This document shows positions 52,201 through 64,000 of a stretch of DNA of 64,000 bases, piece after piece. A program made the position numbers and the translations under genes. The DNA is taken from contig NC_043006.1 of the NCBI RefSeq assembly GCF_006345805.1, positions 91,884,001 through 91,948,000 on the forward strand, written 5' to 3'. The notes below the pieces were generated by a model. It saw nothing but the letters and a program-made list of their open reading frames with translations. It did not search any database and was not told where the DNA came from. How positions within the stretch are numbered: the stretch's first letter is position 1; each line of letters starts with the position of its first letter. Source of the stretch: Octopus sinensis. Taxonomy: Eukaryota.

Positions 52201-52535
52201 TATCAGGCCGAGTAAAAGGTAAGCAACGTTTTCAAACATGAAATTCATCAAACTATATTTCAAGAATGCGGAAATTCTATTCATCAATGCATTTTCGCCA
52301 ACGAGTTACAAGTTTATTCCAGTGACATAAAAGTTTGGAGTTCTGGAGCTGAGGAACTCTTTGAACACACTTTCAACATCAGTTTGAGTTTTGAACACCT
52401 CTCGCAGGAAACCATCAAGGTTCTTGATAAAGTGGTAGGCGGTAGGAGAAAGGTACGGGAAATAAGCTGGATGGGGAAGAACTTCATAGCCAAATTCCCT
52501 CAATTTCTGATGCATCATATAAGGAGACAGATTTC
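52201..52535 (-). mobile_element. Mariner transposon 3' end with terminal TIR
   Basis: QKLREFGYEVLPHPAYFPYLSPTAYHFIKNLDGFL...FYVTGINL/TRWRKCI; terminal TATCAGGCCGAGTAAAAGGTAAG is similar to mariner TIRs; 5' part replaced by (GA)n. Confidence 0.88.
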
Positions 52536-52570
52536 TGCTGGAAAAAGGAAAGGCCTTCTCAGAGAGAAAT

Positions 52571-52616
<46 letters not shown>

Positions 52617-52635
52617 AAAGAAGGGAATGAAGAAT

Positions 52636-53660
52636 GAAGTCATACAAAGAGAAGAACACCTCTGCCATGATGTTTATCAGTTGTTTGATAGTTCTTCTGA
52701 AGAAAATGAAGTAATTTCAGATGAAAATTTTAAAGAATCTTCTGAAGCCATACCAAAGAGAGGAAAATACAAGAGACATTTTAAACATTGCATTAGCTAG
52801 TGTTCGCCATCATATTGGACTCCGTTAGGATGCTGAAATTGCAACTCACACTTGGATAGATGCAGGCCTCATCAGTCGAGAGGATTCATCCTTGATTATA
52901 GATTATAATAAACTTAGAAGAGCGCAAGAAAAAGTAATGAGTGAGATATCTGATCAGCGAGGAAAGAAATTAAAAATACGGCTTTCCTGAAACCAAATTT
53001 ATAGTTGAAGTAGATTGAATTTCCAGAAAATTACCAATTCTAATAAAAAAAAAGAGCACTACACTGTTTGCTCTGAGCCTGGGGGTCAGTGTTTGTTTCA
53101 TTTTACACCTGAAGTTGAAGTGGAAGAGAAAAAAACATGCAGAAGTAATTGCTGATAATATTTTATGCTGGTTCCAAGAGAGAGAGAGAGAGAGAGGGCT
53201 TGACACTTCAGTGCAGCCTATTGGTGGGGATTGAACCGCAGTGAATACTGGCTGGAAGCGAGGTGTGATGAGTTATTTAGAAAAACAACTTGAAAGAAGA
53301 CTCATTTGGATTGTATCCAGGTGAGTAACCTTTTCTTCTTCTCATCCAGGAAATTGATGGTCCTACAAAAAGTAATAAGTGGTCAGGTCCTCTTGGCAAA
53401 CTTTCCAAGGATTTATGTAGGCCCTCCCATTCCAGTGTTTCCAGAAGAAATTGTCAAAGATCTCAGCATAGATCAGTCCTACGCATATCACATTGCTCAA
53501 GCAATAAGATCAGGAGAAGTACCTCAGACATTGGCTTCCTTGGAAATTGGACCTGTTAGTCCCTGCCGTTGGTTAACAATAGCTCTGCGCTTCTGCAGGA
53601 TTTGGATTTCCAGACACAAATTGATGGGTAAGATTGAGCATAATGTCGTTAAGGAAAATA
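52636..53660 (+). pseudogene. Decayed DDE transposase of hAT-like type (possibly hATm-like), with internal deletions
   Basis: NIALASVRHHIGLR*DAEIA..IDAGLIS..DSSLIIDYNKLRRAQ; KEHYTVCSEPGG..FHFTP; IGGD*TAVNTGWKRGVM.YLEK.L.R.LIWIV; LSIDQSY.Y.I..AIRSG..P..LA.L.IGPV...RWLT. Superfamily assigned from memory of these motifs. Confidence 0.75.
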
Positions 53661-53758
53661 GGGGTGAAAAGGGGGAAATATGATCATCGGTGATAATGAG
53701 GGGGAAAGTGAGTAAACACTGAGGACGTGGTAAAAGCAGTAATTAACATCAAATAGGA

Positions 53759-54018
53759 GGCTGAAGCGTAGGGGCATCATGGCCGCAGGCAATAATAGGG
53801 GTGGGGTTTAATTAAACAGTAATGTACATAGATGAAAAAGGGAGTGCGCATTAGTAGTGTTCACGCCGATATGTCAAAAGTTATGCTGGCAGTTCACCCT
53901 CTGTTATCACACGATTAACAGAGGCATTTAAAGAAAATTTGTGCTGAAGGGGGTGGCGGGGTCAACATGACCATAGTCAATAATAGGTGGGGGGTTTAAA
54001 CACTAATGTACACAGATC
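53759..54018. repeat. Two diverged approx. 76-bp copies about 183 bp apart
   Basis: GCTGAAG...CATGGCCGCAGGCAATAATAGGGGTGGGGTTTAA..AAACAGTAATGTACATAGAT vs GCTGAAG...CATGACCATAGTCAATAATAGGTGGGGGGTTTAAACACTAATGTACACAGAT. Confidence 0.7.
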
Positions 54019-54019
54019 A

Positions 54020-54475
54020 AATTAGCAAGGTAAAACTGCGCTACAACCCTTGGCGCGTGAGTAAACGGCAGAAGTTGTAAGCAAAAGACTAAGTTTAATC
54101 CAGTAAATTTTAAATTTAATGTGAATAAACTTGACAATTCATTAGTTTAAGACAGTCAATTAAGCATGAGTAATCGGTTTCGAAACTGCGGAAGTTATTG
54201 GCAAAAAACTGAATTTTACGCAGTTATTCTCAGACTTTTCTCATTCAACATGGATTGACTTCACAAAAACATAAGTTTAAAACAATTCTTAAAGCACGAG
54301 TAATGTTTGTGCCAAATTTGGATCAAATCGGTTGGAAACTGCGGAAGTTATTGGCAAAAGAAAAAACATCTTTATACAGTTCGCAGATTTTTCACAATTA
54401 ATGCGGATGACCTTGTCAAATATTTTAAGCACACAGACAGACACACAGATATTTTCTAAGATAATAGGTTTGCAT
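54020..54475 (+). mobile_element. Second HINE/Helentron-like family
   Basis: 5' hairpin GCGCTA..TGGCGC; internal direct repeat AATCGGTT..GAAACTGCGGAAGTTATTGGCAAAA (approx. 54170 and 54325); GTGCCAAATTTGGATCAAATCGG ... ACAGACAGACACACAG. Confidence 0.5.
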
Positions 54476-56889
54476 AGGCAGGGTCACATTTTTAGGCGGA
54501 GTTCTACCAGAAAGAGTGACTGGTAAATAAGTTTTTGGACGACAAAGGATGTAATCCAACAGAGGTCGCGGTCTGAATTGAATTGAAAACGGAAATTATG
54601 TCAACTAAATATCGCAAGGCATTGAAGCTCACACTCTGGAGGTTATGATAAATAATAATTTGGATTCCTTTAAATCTTTTATGTTTCTCCAAGCTAATAT
54701 TTTTTAAGAAACAAAATTGTATGATGGGCTTCTCATCAGAATTTACATTACAACACCTCATTTCCGTGTCATTTGTTTATTTTATAATTTTAATAATCTA
54801 TAACAAATGAGTTCGTTTTCTTTCTAAGATAATGTGATCCTGCAACAAAATTAAACTTCTCCAATTGGATATCGGAAATTTTATCTACCCGGGATCCTGA
54901 TTTGAAATATAACTATCTTATTAAATTTCGTTTCCCTTCTACATGTTTGTTTTTTCGAGGTAAGTCGAAATGTTTCATACTGTGATGTGGAAAAAAGAAA
55001 ATAAAATTCTTTATTAGGTTTCACTTGTTTTTATTTCTGAAGCTGTTGTGTTTCTGGAATGAGAGAAAGGAAAATCAACAAGTTAATTACCATTTTTACA
55101 TAAAGACAATAATTATCTTCGATGAAAAAATATTTACTTACGTCCATAAAGAAATTAGTTATAAATGCAACAGAGAAAACTACAGCAAAGAAAGCGAGTA
55201 TTTCTTATATAGTTTTGATAGAAATTAGAGGTTGTAATTGTAATGAAGCATGCCGTTTTAGATATTTATCTGCAGCCGATCTTCATGAAGTCGTCACCAG
55301 AACTTCACTATGCCTACTTCACATTGATGACAATAAAAGAAAACTTTTCGAAACACTTCTATTAAATATACGATTCTTTACTTAGCTTATTCAAGCACTG
55401 ATGTAACATACACATTAACGGGTTTTGGCAATAAAAGTAAAACAATATTCAACTGACACATGAGGGTAGCATAGAAAACAGAAAGCTTTTGGAGGAAAAT
55501 TCTGTTAGCTGTACATCAGCGCCTCACATTTGAAATTTCTAGACATAATAGTGTTATCACCATCGTGGTATTTACACAGTTTTCTTGCATTCTGCGTTAA
55601 AGAAACCGTCAGAGCATTCTAGTACATTATCGATTCACACCCACAGCCCTATCAAAATACTTCACAAATAGATTGTTACATGCCAAGCACGACTGAGGTT
55701 TAGAAAAATCTTTCCTTGAATGATTATCTTCTTTCAATATTCTTCTAAATAATATCGTAATATGTATCATCTTTAGAATTCTATTTTGAAAGCCCCCAAG
55801 CCAGTTAGATAATATTATTGTTATCATCTATGTTCGTTCTTAACTTCATTTGTTTGAGACTTGTACCCAGCAACACGTTCATTTTCACCGAAGGCAATTT
55901 AATACATGTTCCCCGTTATATTGTACAATAAGCAACCATTCGGAAATCTCGCATCACTATTTCACAACTGAATGAAAACATAGCTTTGAAATGTTTTCAT
56001 AAATAATTTCCGTGTTGAAGATAAAAATATCTGAATCAATTTAAATGAAATTTGAAAAATAATTCGTCAAATGAAGTGAAAACACAATAGAAGTTTTTAA
56101 AACTTTATTCTGAAAAGCCTTTGTCCATTTTATATTTAATTTAACCATTATAAAAGTGAGAGTTACAACAGTGATTCGTTTTGTGATAGCGTTGGTTTGT
56201 GTTGATATAATTATGAAGATTATTCTGTAGTATGGAGTGAACAAAATGAAAGAAAGAATGATTTTGCAGTATTCAGTTTAGTATTTTCAAATAGGCCTTT
56301 CACAACCAAATATCTGGAAGTGATATAATAATCCTGTTCTGAAATTTACAAGTTGACATTATGGTATGTCATAAGGGATACAATGATTTTTGTGAATATT
56401 GAATTGTCAACAGAAATTTCAATAAACTAAGACTTACAGTACATATATTTAGTGGAAATAAATTGAATATATTGACAAAAAAGAGACGCATTATGAAGAC
56501 TTAATCACACTCATTCAACAATGAAATGTATTTTATGGATTTCAATAACAACTAAAATTTAGAGTGGAAACGTGGCAAAAATGTACGTTTATAGTTGTCG
56601 GATTCTTATTGCTACAACGAGAAGAAGCAAAGTAATAATTTCTAAATATATGTTTGCTCTACCATTTAATTACAAAATAATTTTTATGAACATTTGGGAA
56701 ATAAAATTTTCAACGAATAATGCATAAATAATACCGTTAATCAATCTTTTATTGCAGCAACATATGATATTCAGTATGTAAATCTATAATAATAATCTCT
56801 CAAAATTGTTTCTTACCCCTCTCACCACACACATACGTGTGTGTGTGTGGGGGGGGGCGCGCGTACATATAGGTTTCTTGGTATTTGCA

Positions 56890-57085
56890 TATCTCGAGAG
56901 AATACGTATCTACACTTAGAGAGCCAAGTACTCAGCTGGGAACTCAGACGACCAGTATATTCCCATGCAAGGATACTCCTTACGAGTTGGCTCTAATGGA
57001 ATTGAAAACAGGCTCGCCTGGCCACGAACAAATGGATCAAATACTGCAAGACATCCCGTGCAACGTCTTTACAATGCTTTAATCC
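56890..57085 (+). mobile_element. Possible RTE-clade LINE 3' relic
   Basis: GSPG/PRTN/MDQILQD resembles the RTE pattern R.RGRPR..W.D.I..D. Confidence 0.3.
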
Positions 57086-57200
57086 ACCGCCTCGAAATGA
57101 TTACAAGTAGAGTTGACCTCGGTGGAGTTTGAACTCAGGTAGCAGACAGCAAAATGAAATAACGCGTGGTATCTTATCCGACCCTCTATGAACTCTACCA
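57085..57200 (-). mobile_element. SINE fragment
   Basis: AGTTGACCTCGGTGGAGTTTGAACTCAG. Confidence 0.55.
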
Positions 57201-57287
57201 AAATCTATAATATATATATATATATATATATATGTGTATGTGTGTATATGTACATATGCGTGTGTATATATATGTACGTATATATAT

Positions 57288-57336
<49 letters not shown>

Positions 57337-57337
57337 C

Positions 57338-57379
<42 letters not shown>

Positions 57380-57441
57380 TTAAAAAATGCATGCACAGAT
57401 ACACACGCACATATATATTAAGAAAGTGCGAAAGGATGATT

Positions 57442-57473
<32 letters not shown>

Positions 57474-59229
57474 TAAAGTAATATAACTAGACTTCACTGT
57501 TTCATCTAAAAATTTTTTGTAAGCAATTAACTCAAGAATGAATACAAAATCGATATCCGTAATATAGAGGCAGAAATAACCATGCGAAAGAAATATTTGC
57601 ATTGCCTCATCCAAATCCCGAGATACGAAAGCAAAATTCCACATGCATGAACGAAATGAAATGCTTTCAGAACTAAAAATATTACGAATAAAAGCGAAAC
57701 TAAATAACTTTAAAGCTAAAAACTGCAATCAAATAATGATAATACCGTTTCTCCCTTCTCCATCTCGAGCGAATGATTTTGTAATTTATTTTCCAACGTA
57801 CTTTTCATGAGATTAAAAAAGTAGATAATAAAACATTACAAAAAATGCTCTACTAAAATTTAGATTAAATTAACACGTTCAAAATCAAAACAAATATTTC
57901 TAAAAATTAAAAACAAATAACACACATACACATACACACATACACATACACACATACGAAAGAAAAAAAGAAGACACAAGCCAACAATGAGAAAGTTAAA
58001 TTAGATATTCTTTACATCACTTCAAAACTTATCTAGTATACAAATATTATATGTTGTACTAGATGTGGACGAATATATATATATGCGTAAATATATGCGT
58101 AAATACAAGACACAGTAGCACCAGCTCCAGAAGAGAGATGATCGTACATCTTTTTGCAATCAATAAAACTCAAAATCATGTTTGCTTTACCCCGGCGCCT
58201 CGATTATGCGTGAATAACTCTTGTTCAAATCCCTGATGACATTGTCAAATTCTCAAATGAAATTTTAGCCTTACCATTTGCATGAATTTTGTAAGTGGGC
58301 CACTAACGAAACGAATCTCTATTTTGCTTCTGTCGTTGTTATCATAATTAAACGGTAGAATCCTTATTCTGTGCAGCTAAAGTATTTACAAGTTTACACA
58401 TATTTTTGTGTGTTTTGAGTTGATTTTATTTCCCGTTCTTTCGGGATCTGCAAAATAATTACTACACACTTTTCTTGTACGTGATAGCTTTGAATATTCC
58501 CTCTATTCAGAACCTGTAGCCGTGGGCCTATGTTAGAAAGCAAGAGGACAGAGAGTGAATCAATGAGCTAGTCAAGCGAGCACCTTGATGAGGGCCATCG
58601 TCAGCAATAGGGGAGGACGCTTTGAAGTGAGAAAATGAATGTGAATCGATAGGGCTTAGTAAAAGGCTCGTGGTAGAGAGAAGGAACAGTTACCTCGGTG
58701 AAAGAAGAGGTTAGAAAAGGAACGTGTTAACAGTAAGGATGGCCCTCCACCATTTCTTTAAAGTAAACTACGACAACCTCACTGTCAGCCGTAAAGATCG
58801 CGCCATAAAGCAAGAGGAACGTCTATTGTAATGTGTTGGACGAACACGGCTGTAGACAGAGACCCTTGGGAAGATTACCACCAATCACCTACATTTAACG
58901 AAATGGGAGAACCAGCGTTCCTTGGTATAATGTCTACGATTGTAGATGTTCTGTAGTGCTCCAGGTGACTGGGTTTCGAGACCTGAACTCTTCGGTCAAA
59001 GCTTTATCGACTTTACCAACTTTTATTAAATACTTATAAATCCATCTATACGTGATGAGGTGCTGAGCGCTTTCACACACGCACCCTCCCCCCACACGCA
59101 TATAACCCTGTTTTATCCATACTCTATTCTATTTCATATCCACCGTTTTACTATTTTATTTTTGGAATAACCTTTCTCTCGTTGCCTGATAATAATAAGG
59201 ATGATGATGACGATAATAATAATAATAAT

Positions 59230-59400
59230 AATCCTTTTTACTATAGGCACAAGACCTGAGATATTAGGGAGGAGCTAGTCGATTACATCGGCTCCAATGT
59301 GTAACTGGTATTTATTTTATCGACTACGATAAGATGAAAAGTAAAGTAGATCACGGCGGAGTTTGATCTCTGAACGGAGCGACGGGCGAAAAGAACAGAA
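59230..59400 (-). mobile_element. SINE (16460 type)
   Basis: ATAGGCACAAGACCTGA...CTGGTATTTATTTTATCGAC...GATGAAAAGTAAAGTAGATCACGGCGGAGTTTGA. Confidence 0.7.
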
Positions 59401-60149
59401 AGCATGGTACGGTAAGCTGCAGACACAAGCCCGCTACGCATGCAATACACCAGGAGTTCCCCCAAAAAAAGAAAAGAAAAGAATGACGATAACGATGATG
59501 ATGATGATGATAAATAAGTGTAGTAAATATGGGCTCGAATGTGCCATGTCCCCAACATTTGGTAAGAGGAACAGCTTTTGTGAGTAGCAAGGAACGGTCA
59601 GGTGAAGCACATGTGGGATATGTCAATCTACACATATGCGTAGCTGCACCATAACCGATCCGATATCGTTCTCCTACGGAAGGCATCCAAAAGAATGGAG
59701 CTTCATGGACGTAGCAATTACATATCAGAGTATTCTGAAGAGAAAGAACGAGAAAATTGAAAAGTACTAAGACCTTGATTGGAAGAGAAACGCATCCACA
59801 TGACTGCAAAATTGAGTATGGTACTTTTTTATAATTGGTGCACTTGGGACTATTTCAAAGACAGCAATATTCTGGCATGTACAGCTTCAAATACCAAATT
59901 TCTTAGGAAGCATTTAATTGGCAGCATTCTTGGGAAGAGCACTTGGGTTGAGGGATGTGTTGTATGAAGGAGAAGTGAAGTGAAAGTAAAAAGTAAAATG
60001 GATAATAGGATGATGATAATGATGTTGATGATGTAATATCAATTCAGTGGTGGTAGCGGTTGTGTTTGCACTGGCGGTGGTGGTGGTATGGTGTGGTGGT
60101 GGTGGTGGTAGTAGTAGGAGTAGTAGTAGTAGCAGCAGCAACAACAGTC

Positions 60150-60320
60150 GTCCAAGAATTTAGACTTGGAGATCTCCATTTCCAGCGACTTCGAGGGCCA
60201 CCTCCCTGTGGTGTCGGGCGTCAACGAAGAGCCCTCGGCTACAACAAGAAGACCAATGATTTTTTTCCAAGGTCGGGGTCTCCCGCCCCTAAGCTCTATA
60301 CCATCACCTAATCACCCTTA
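60150..60320 (+). mobile_element. Endonuclease fragment of a Tx1-like LINE related to the 1-5010 element
   Basis: SKNLDLEISISSDFEGHLPVVSGVNE aligns with HKTLDLEVKTIFVDPEGRLVDGSNE (approx. 1895-1965). Confidence 0.55.
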
Positions 60321-60910
60321 TCCGTCTTGGTGCTTAACAACAACAACAACAGCAGCAGCAACAACAGTAGTAGTGAATTAATAAAATAAACGATAATGCT
60401 GGTCTGTGTTATCATGTCTGCTGACCACTGTAAAGAGCGACACTGACTTGTTTATCCATTGTCGACCGAATCGTGTCTCTCAAGCCACCCCACCCACCCC
60501 TATACGCGTGAGATTGCGTCAGTGTGAAATATTCACTTGTGTTCAGTGCAAAAAAAAAAAAGTAACCTGTTCGCTTTAGGCTTTTATTCAATTGCATTCG
60601 TTCATCAGAAGGCTAAGTAACATCTTATTTATGGTCTCATCTGGCAGGAGAGGTAAAACATATCGTAATTAAGAAATTTCAAACGTCTTAATGGCATAAA
60701 TCATTGGTTGAGACATTTCATTCTGTCAAATTTCGAAAAGTTTAAATAAACTCAAAAGATTGTAAATTCTAAAATTGAAAAAGAAAAACAATGCTTTAAT
60801 TTTAGAAAGTTTGCAAGTTTTTCAGAATTCCCAATGCTATATAAATTGTATCTCACCTACACACGTACACACGCACGCACGCACGCGCGCGCACACGCAC
60901 ACACACACAG

Positions 60911-61985
60911 AGCGACATAAACCGCTTCTACCTTAAGCGAAAACAAGGTGAAAGAAGCTTCACATCGATCCAAAATGCCTTTGAATGTCGCATCATAACC
61001 CTTCGGGAACATCTTTTAACCACCAAGTGTCGAAGTGCATCCCTTGACCAAGTTTGCATACATGAAGCTGATAACATCACAAGACTTGGAAGGCAGCTCC
61101 TTGAGCAACATTCCTTGTCTGATAACCTTAAATACATGCCCAAAGAAGTCGCACGACTCTAGCGCAACGTATCATCAGATGACATGATGAGACTATATGA
61201 GCAGAACTCATGCATGGATATGTAAGTAGAAAGCTGCGAGATGATAGTTAACATCGATCATCAAAGCAGTCTATCATGGACTAATAGCCGTGTTACTACC
61301 TCCCACTTTGAAGGGTATGCGCTTGCAATCCAGGAACAGGAAATATCAACAAAACGCCTGATGCTCTAAAGGGATACAAATGCAGGAAAAGCAGTAAAAT
61401 GTGACAACCGATGCAGACTTTGCGGAGTTAACACCGAGGATATCACCCACATAAGCTATTGTCGGAAAATGACATCACGGTTGCATATCTGCCGATGAAA
61501 CATGAAATCCGTCAGAAGGATAACCCCGGAGACAAAGAAATATGATCCCACAATATAGTAGAAGCGATAGCCACTCATTAAAAAGTCCTGGTGGAATAAA
61601 ATGCTAGCACAACATACTTGATATAATGATTTGGGAAAAAGAAGAGAAATTGTGCACTGTTGTGGAAATTAGCTGAAGATCATTGAAAATGATCAGCGAA
61701 AAAGAAAATACATACGCTGAACTATTGAGAAATCTGCAGTTACTCTATCCATATTACAAGTTCAGGTTTATAATTGTAATTATTTAGGCCCTACAATATA
61801 TAACGCACTACCTAAATACCAGTCATGAGAAATTAGGCTTCTCAAAACCAGAAAGGAGAAATCTAATTTGAAGACTACAGTTCCAGTCCATCACTGGAAC
61901 TGTAAAAAAATCTGTAAATCTTTCCAAAAGTTTATCATTTAAATATATATGACCGTGTCTAGATATGCAACTATATGCATGAGAA
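60911..61985 (+). mobile_element. 5'-truncated RLE-type non-LTR retrotransposon (R4/Dong-like) 3' end
   Basis: DINRFYLKRKQGERS (RLY.PR..GGRG), EGYALAIQEQEIST, CDNRCRLCGVNTEDITHI (CCHC), HN..DIMIWEKEEKLCTVVEIS (PD..D/ExK nuclease), YAELLRNLQLLYP; ends in (TACA)n. Confidence 0.85.
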
Positions 61986-62217
61986 TACATACATACAACA
62001 TACATACATACATACATACATACATACATACATACATACATACATACATACATGCATACATACATACAAACAAATAAAAATTTGTTGATGTTGAAATTCC
62101 AATGAAGGAGATTTGGACCTAGGTTAGAAACCGGTGCTTTCTCTGTTGGCAAGAAATCTTGAAATAAAACTAATAATGACATACATATACACTTTGATAT
62201 ATATACATATCTCTCTG

Positions 62218-62300
<83 letters not shown>
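62218..62300. repeat. (TATC)n microsatellite
   Basis: Directly visible. Confidence 0.95.
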
Positions 62301-62302
<2 letters not shown>

Positions 62303-63058
62303 GTGTACCTTGTTAATTGTAGCACAAATTATTCGAAGCTCTATATTCCAGCACAACATTACAACAGGTCGTCTCCAAACTTAAGCAAACTCCTAACTTC
62401 ATTTTGTTCCACCTCACCACCTGATGCAGCAGTCTTTATGTAATTTTGGTGGATTGCGACACAAGATGATTATTTTGGCAACATTTGAACTTAGACAATT
62501 ATCTTAACAGAAAGTAGATGTCTGCATTCAGTAATGATTAGGTGAATGTAATTTTATCTAAAGTAGATGTTAAGACAAATCTAAACTTTAAGAGACTGTA
62601 AGTCTCATATCAGCGAGATGATATAGGTTACACATTTTCTGAGCATACGGACTTCATTTCTTCACGGGCACGCATCATCATCATCGTCCTAAATAAGATG
62701 TTGATCATTTAAAGCGTCTAGCTGCTATTCCATGCACTAATCGCATATAATCTATATAAGCATAGTGCAATGCTTACCTGTTGCGTGTATGTTGTTGCAA
62801 TGAATATATTTCAATATGTTAATACATATAACCTTTTCCTCGATTCTTTTCAATTTTTTCTGTTTCCCTCTCAGCATGTTATTAAGTTTGCTAGTCATAC
62901 AAAAGAGGAATTATTATTTATCGATCAATAGATCTGATTAAATCAGTAAATGTCATTAGCTCTTTTACATAAGAAATCTTAACCTTTGTTGTTTTCTATG
63001 TGACATTGCAGACATTTTTTTCTTCTTAAAGCACGCACACACAAACACACACACACAA

Positions 63059-63089
<31 letters not shown>

Positions 63090-63469
63090 AACACACACAC
63101 AAACACACACACACACACACAAACATGCAGAGATATGTTCTCTCATATTACTTTTGACTCGTAAATTCAAATCAACACAAACGTAATCGCATATGAATGC
63201 ATCAATGCATATCTAGAGCTACTTGACAAGAACACACACACACACCAAGGCACATATGTACAGACACATACAGGAACACGCTTGCACACAAAGGCCCGCA
63301 CATCCACACATATACGAGGGAATGAGTGTGCGTGTGTGTGTGTGTGGTGTGTGTGTGTGTGTGCACATAAATATCAAACTGGCTGTCATTTAATTCTGTG
63401 TATATGTATATATACATTCTCCCGTACACATCTGTCAAGCAAAAACCACAAATACATACGTGTGCATGT

Positions 63470-63534
63470 ATATATATGTATATATATGGATATATATATA
63501 TATATATTCATATATATATATATATATGTATGTA

Positions 63535-63623
<89 letters not shown>

Positions 63624-63630
63624 ATGTATA

Positions 63631-63665
<35 letters not shown>
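63470..63665. repeat. (AT)n/(ATGT)n microsatellite
   Basis: Directly visible. Confidence 0.9.
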
Positions 63666-63668
<3 letters not shown>

Positions 63669-64000
63669 ATGAGCACAACCAACTTAGAAATTACACGCAT
63701 ACAAACACATAACTATATATGTTTCTATAAGATGTATAATACTATATGCCTATAATGTATGTATATTTGGGTATGTGTGAGCAACTCCCGATCGAAAATA
63801 CTTTCATATATGAAGATTGTATTGTATATAATATTACATTCTAACATTTCTTAATCTTACCTTACCTTAAAAAAAACATATAAAACAACGGATACAACAC
63901 TGAGTTAATCTCTCTGTGTCTGCTTGTTCTTGGTATTTGACTGTCAGAGCAGAAAATTTGATGGCAAGACATCTGCCATAAGGTTGCTCTGTTCTGCCAT

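Noticed and set aside
53290-53350. Apparent splice donor CAG|GTGAGT followed by a pyrimidine tract and CAG
   Set aside because: Explained as decayed transposase codons (GE.LP...LIQEIDGPT) after a deletion.
58965-59005. Minus-strand CCGAAGA-GTTCAGGTCTC-GAAAC-CCA-GTC
   Set aside because: Core-like, but stems I and II do not pair in register.
59351-59809. 152-aa minus-strand ORF
   Set aside because: It spans a SINE edge and a (GAT)n repeat, and has no recognisable domain.

Overview
Eukaryotic (animal) non-genic DNA: AT-rich, full of (AT)n, (CATA)n, (TATC)n and trinucleotide microsatellites, and saturated with decayed transposable elements. The SINE types and repeat style suggest an Octopus genome (pattern recognition, not a database result). 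I cannot support any host gene, rRNA, tRNA or CRISPR array; most listed ORFs are microsatellite artefacts or TE fragments. Elements found: a near-complete Tx1/L1-clade LINE (1-5010) plus two related fragments, CR1-type LINE pieces, an R4/Dong-type RLE LINE 3' end, many Penelope-like element (PLE) fragments, a Tc1 transposon with IR/DR-type TIRs and TA duplication, a mariner 3' end, a hAT-like transposase relic, a hAT MITE with 8-bp TSD, three Helentron/HINE-like elements and many tRNA-derived SINEs. The most interesting signal is a set of minimal type-I hammerhead-ribozyme (HHR)-like motifs from several unrelated PLE-type repeat families, most with non-canonical cores. They include a 35-nt motif with a compensatory A3-U8 pair replacing C3-G8, and two long fold-back palindromes, each made of two head-to-head copies of an HHR-bearing sequence. 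All alignments and folds were done by eye.
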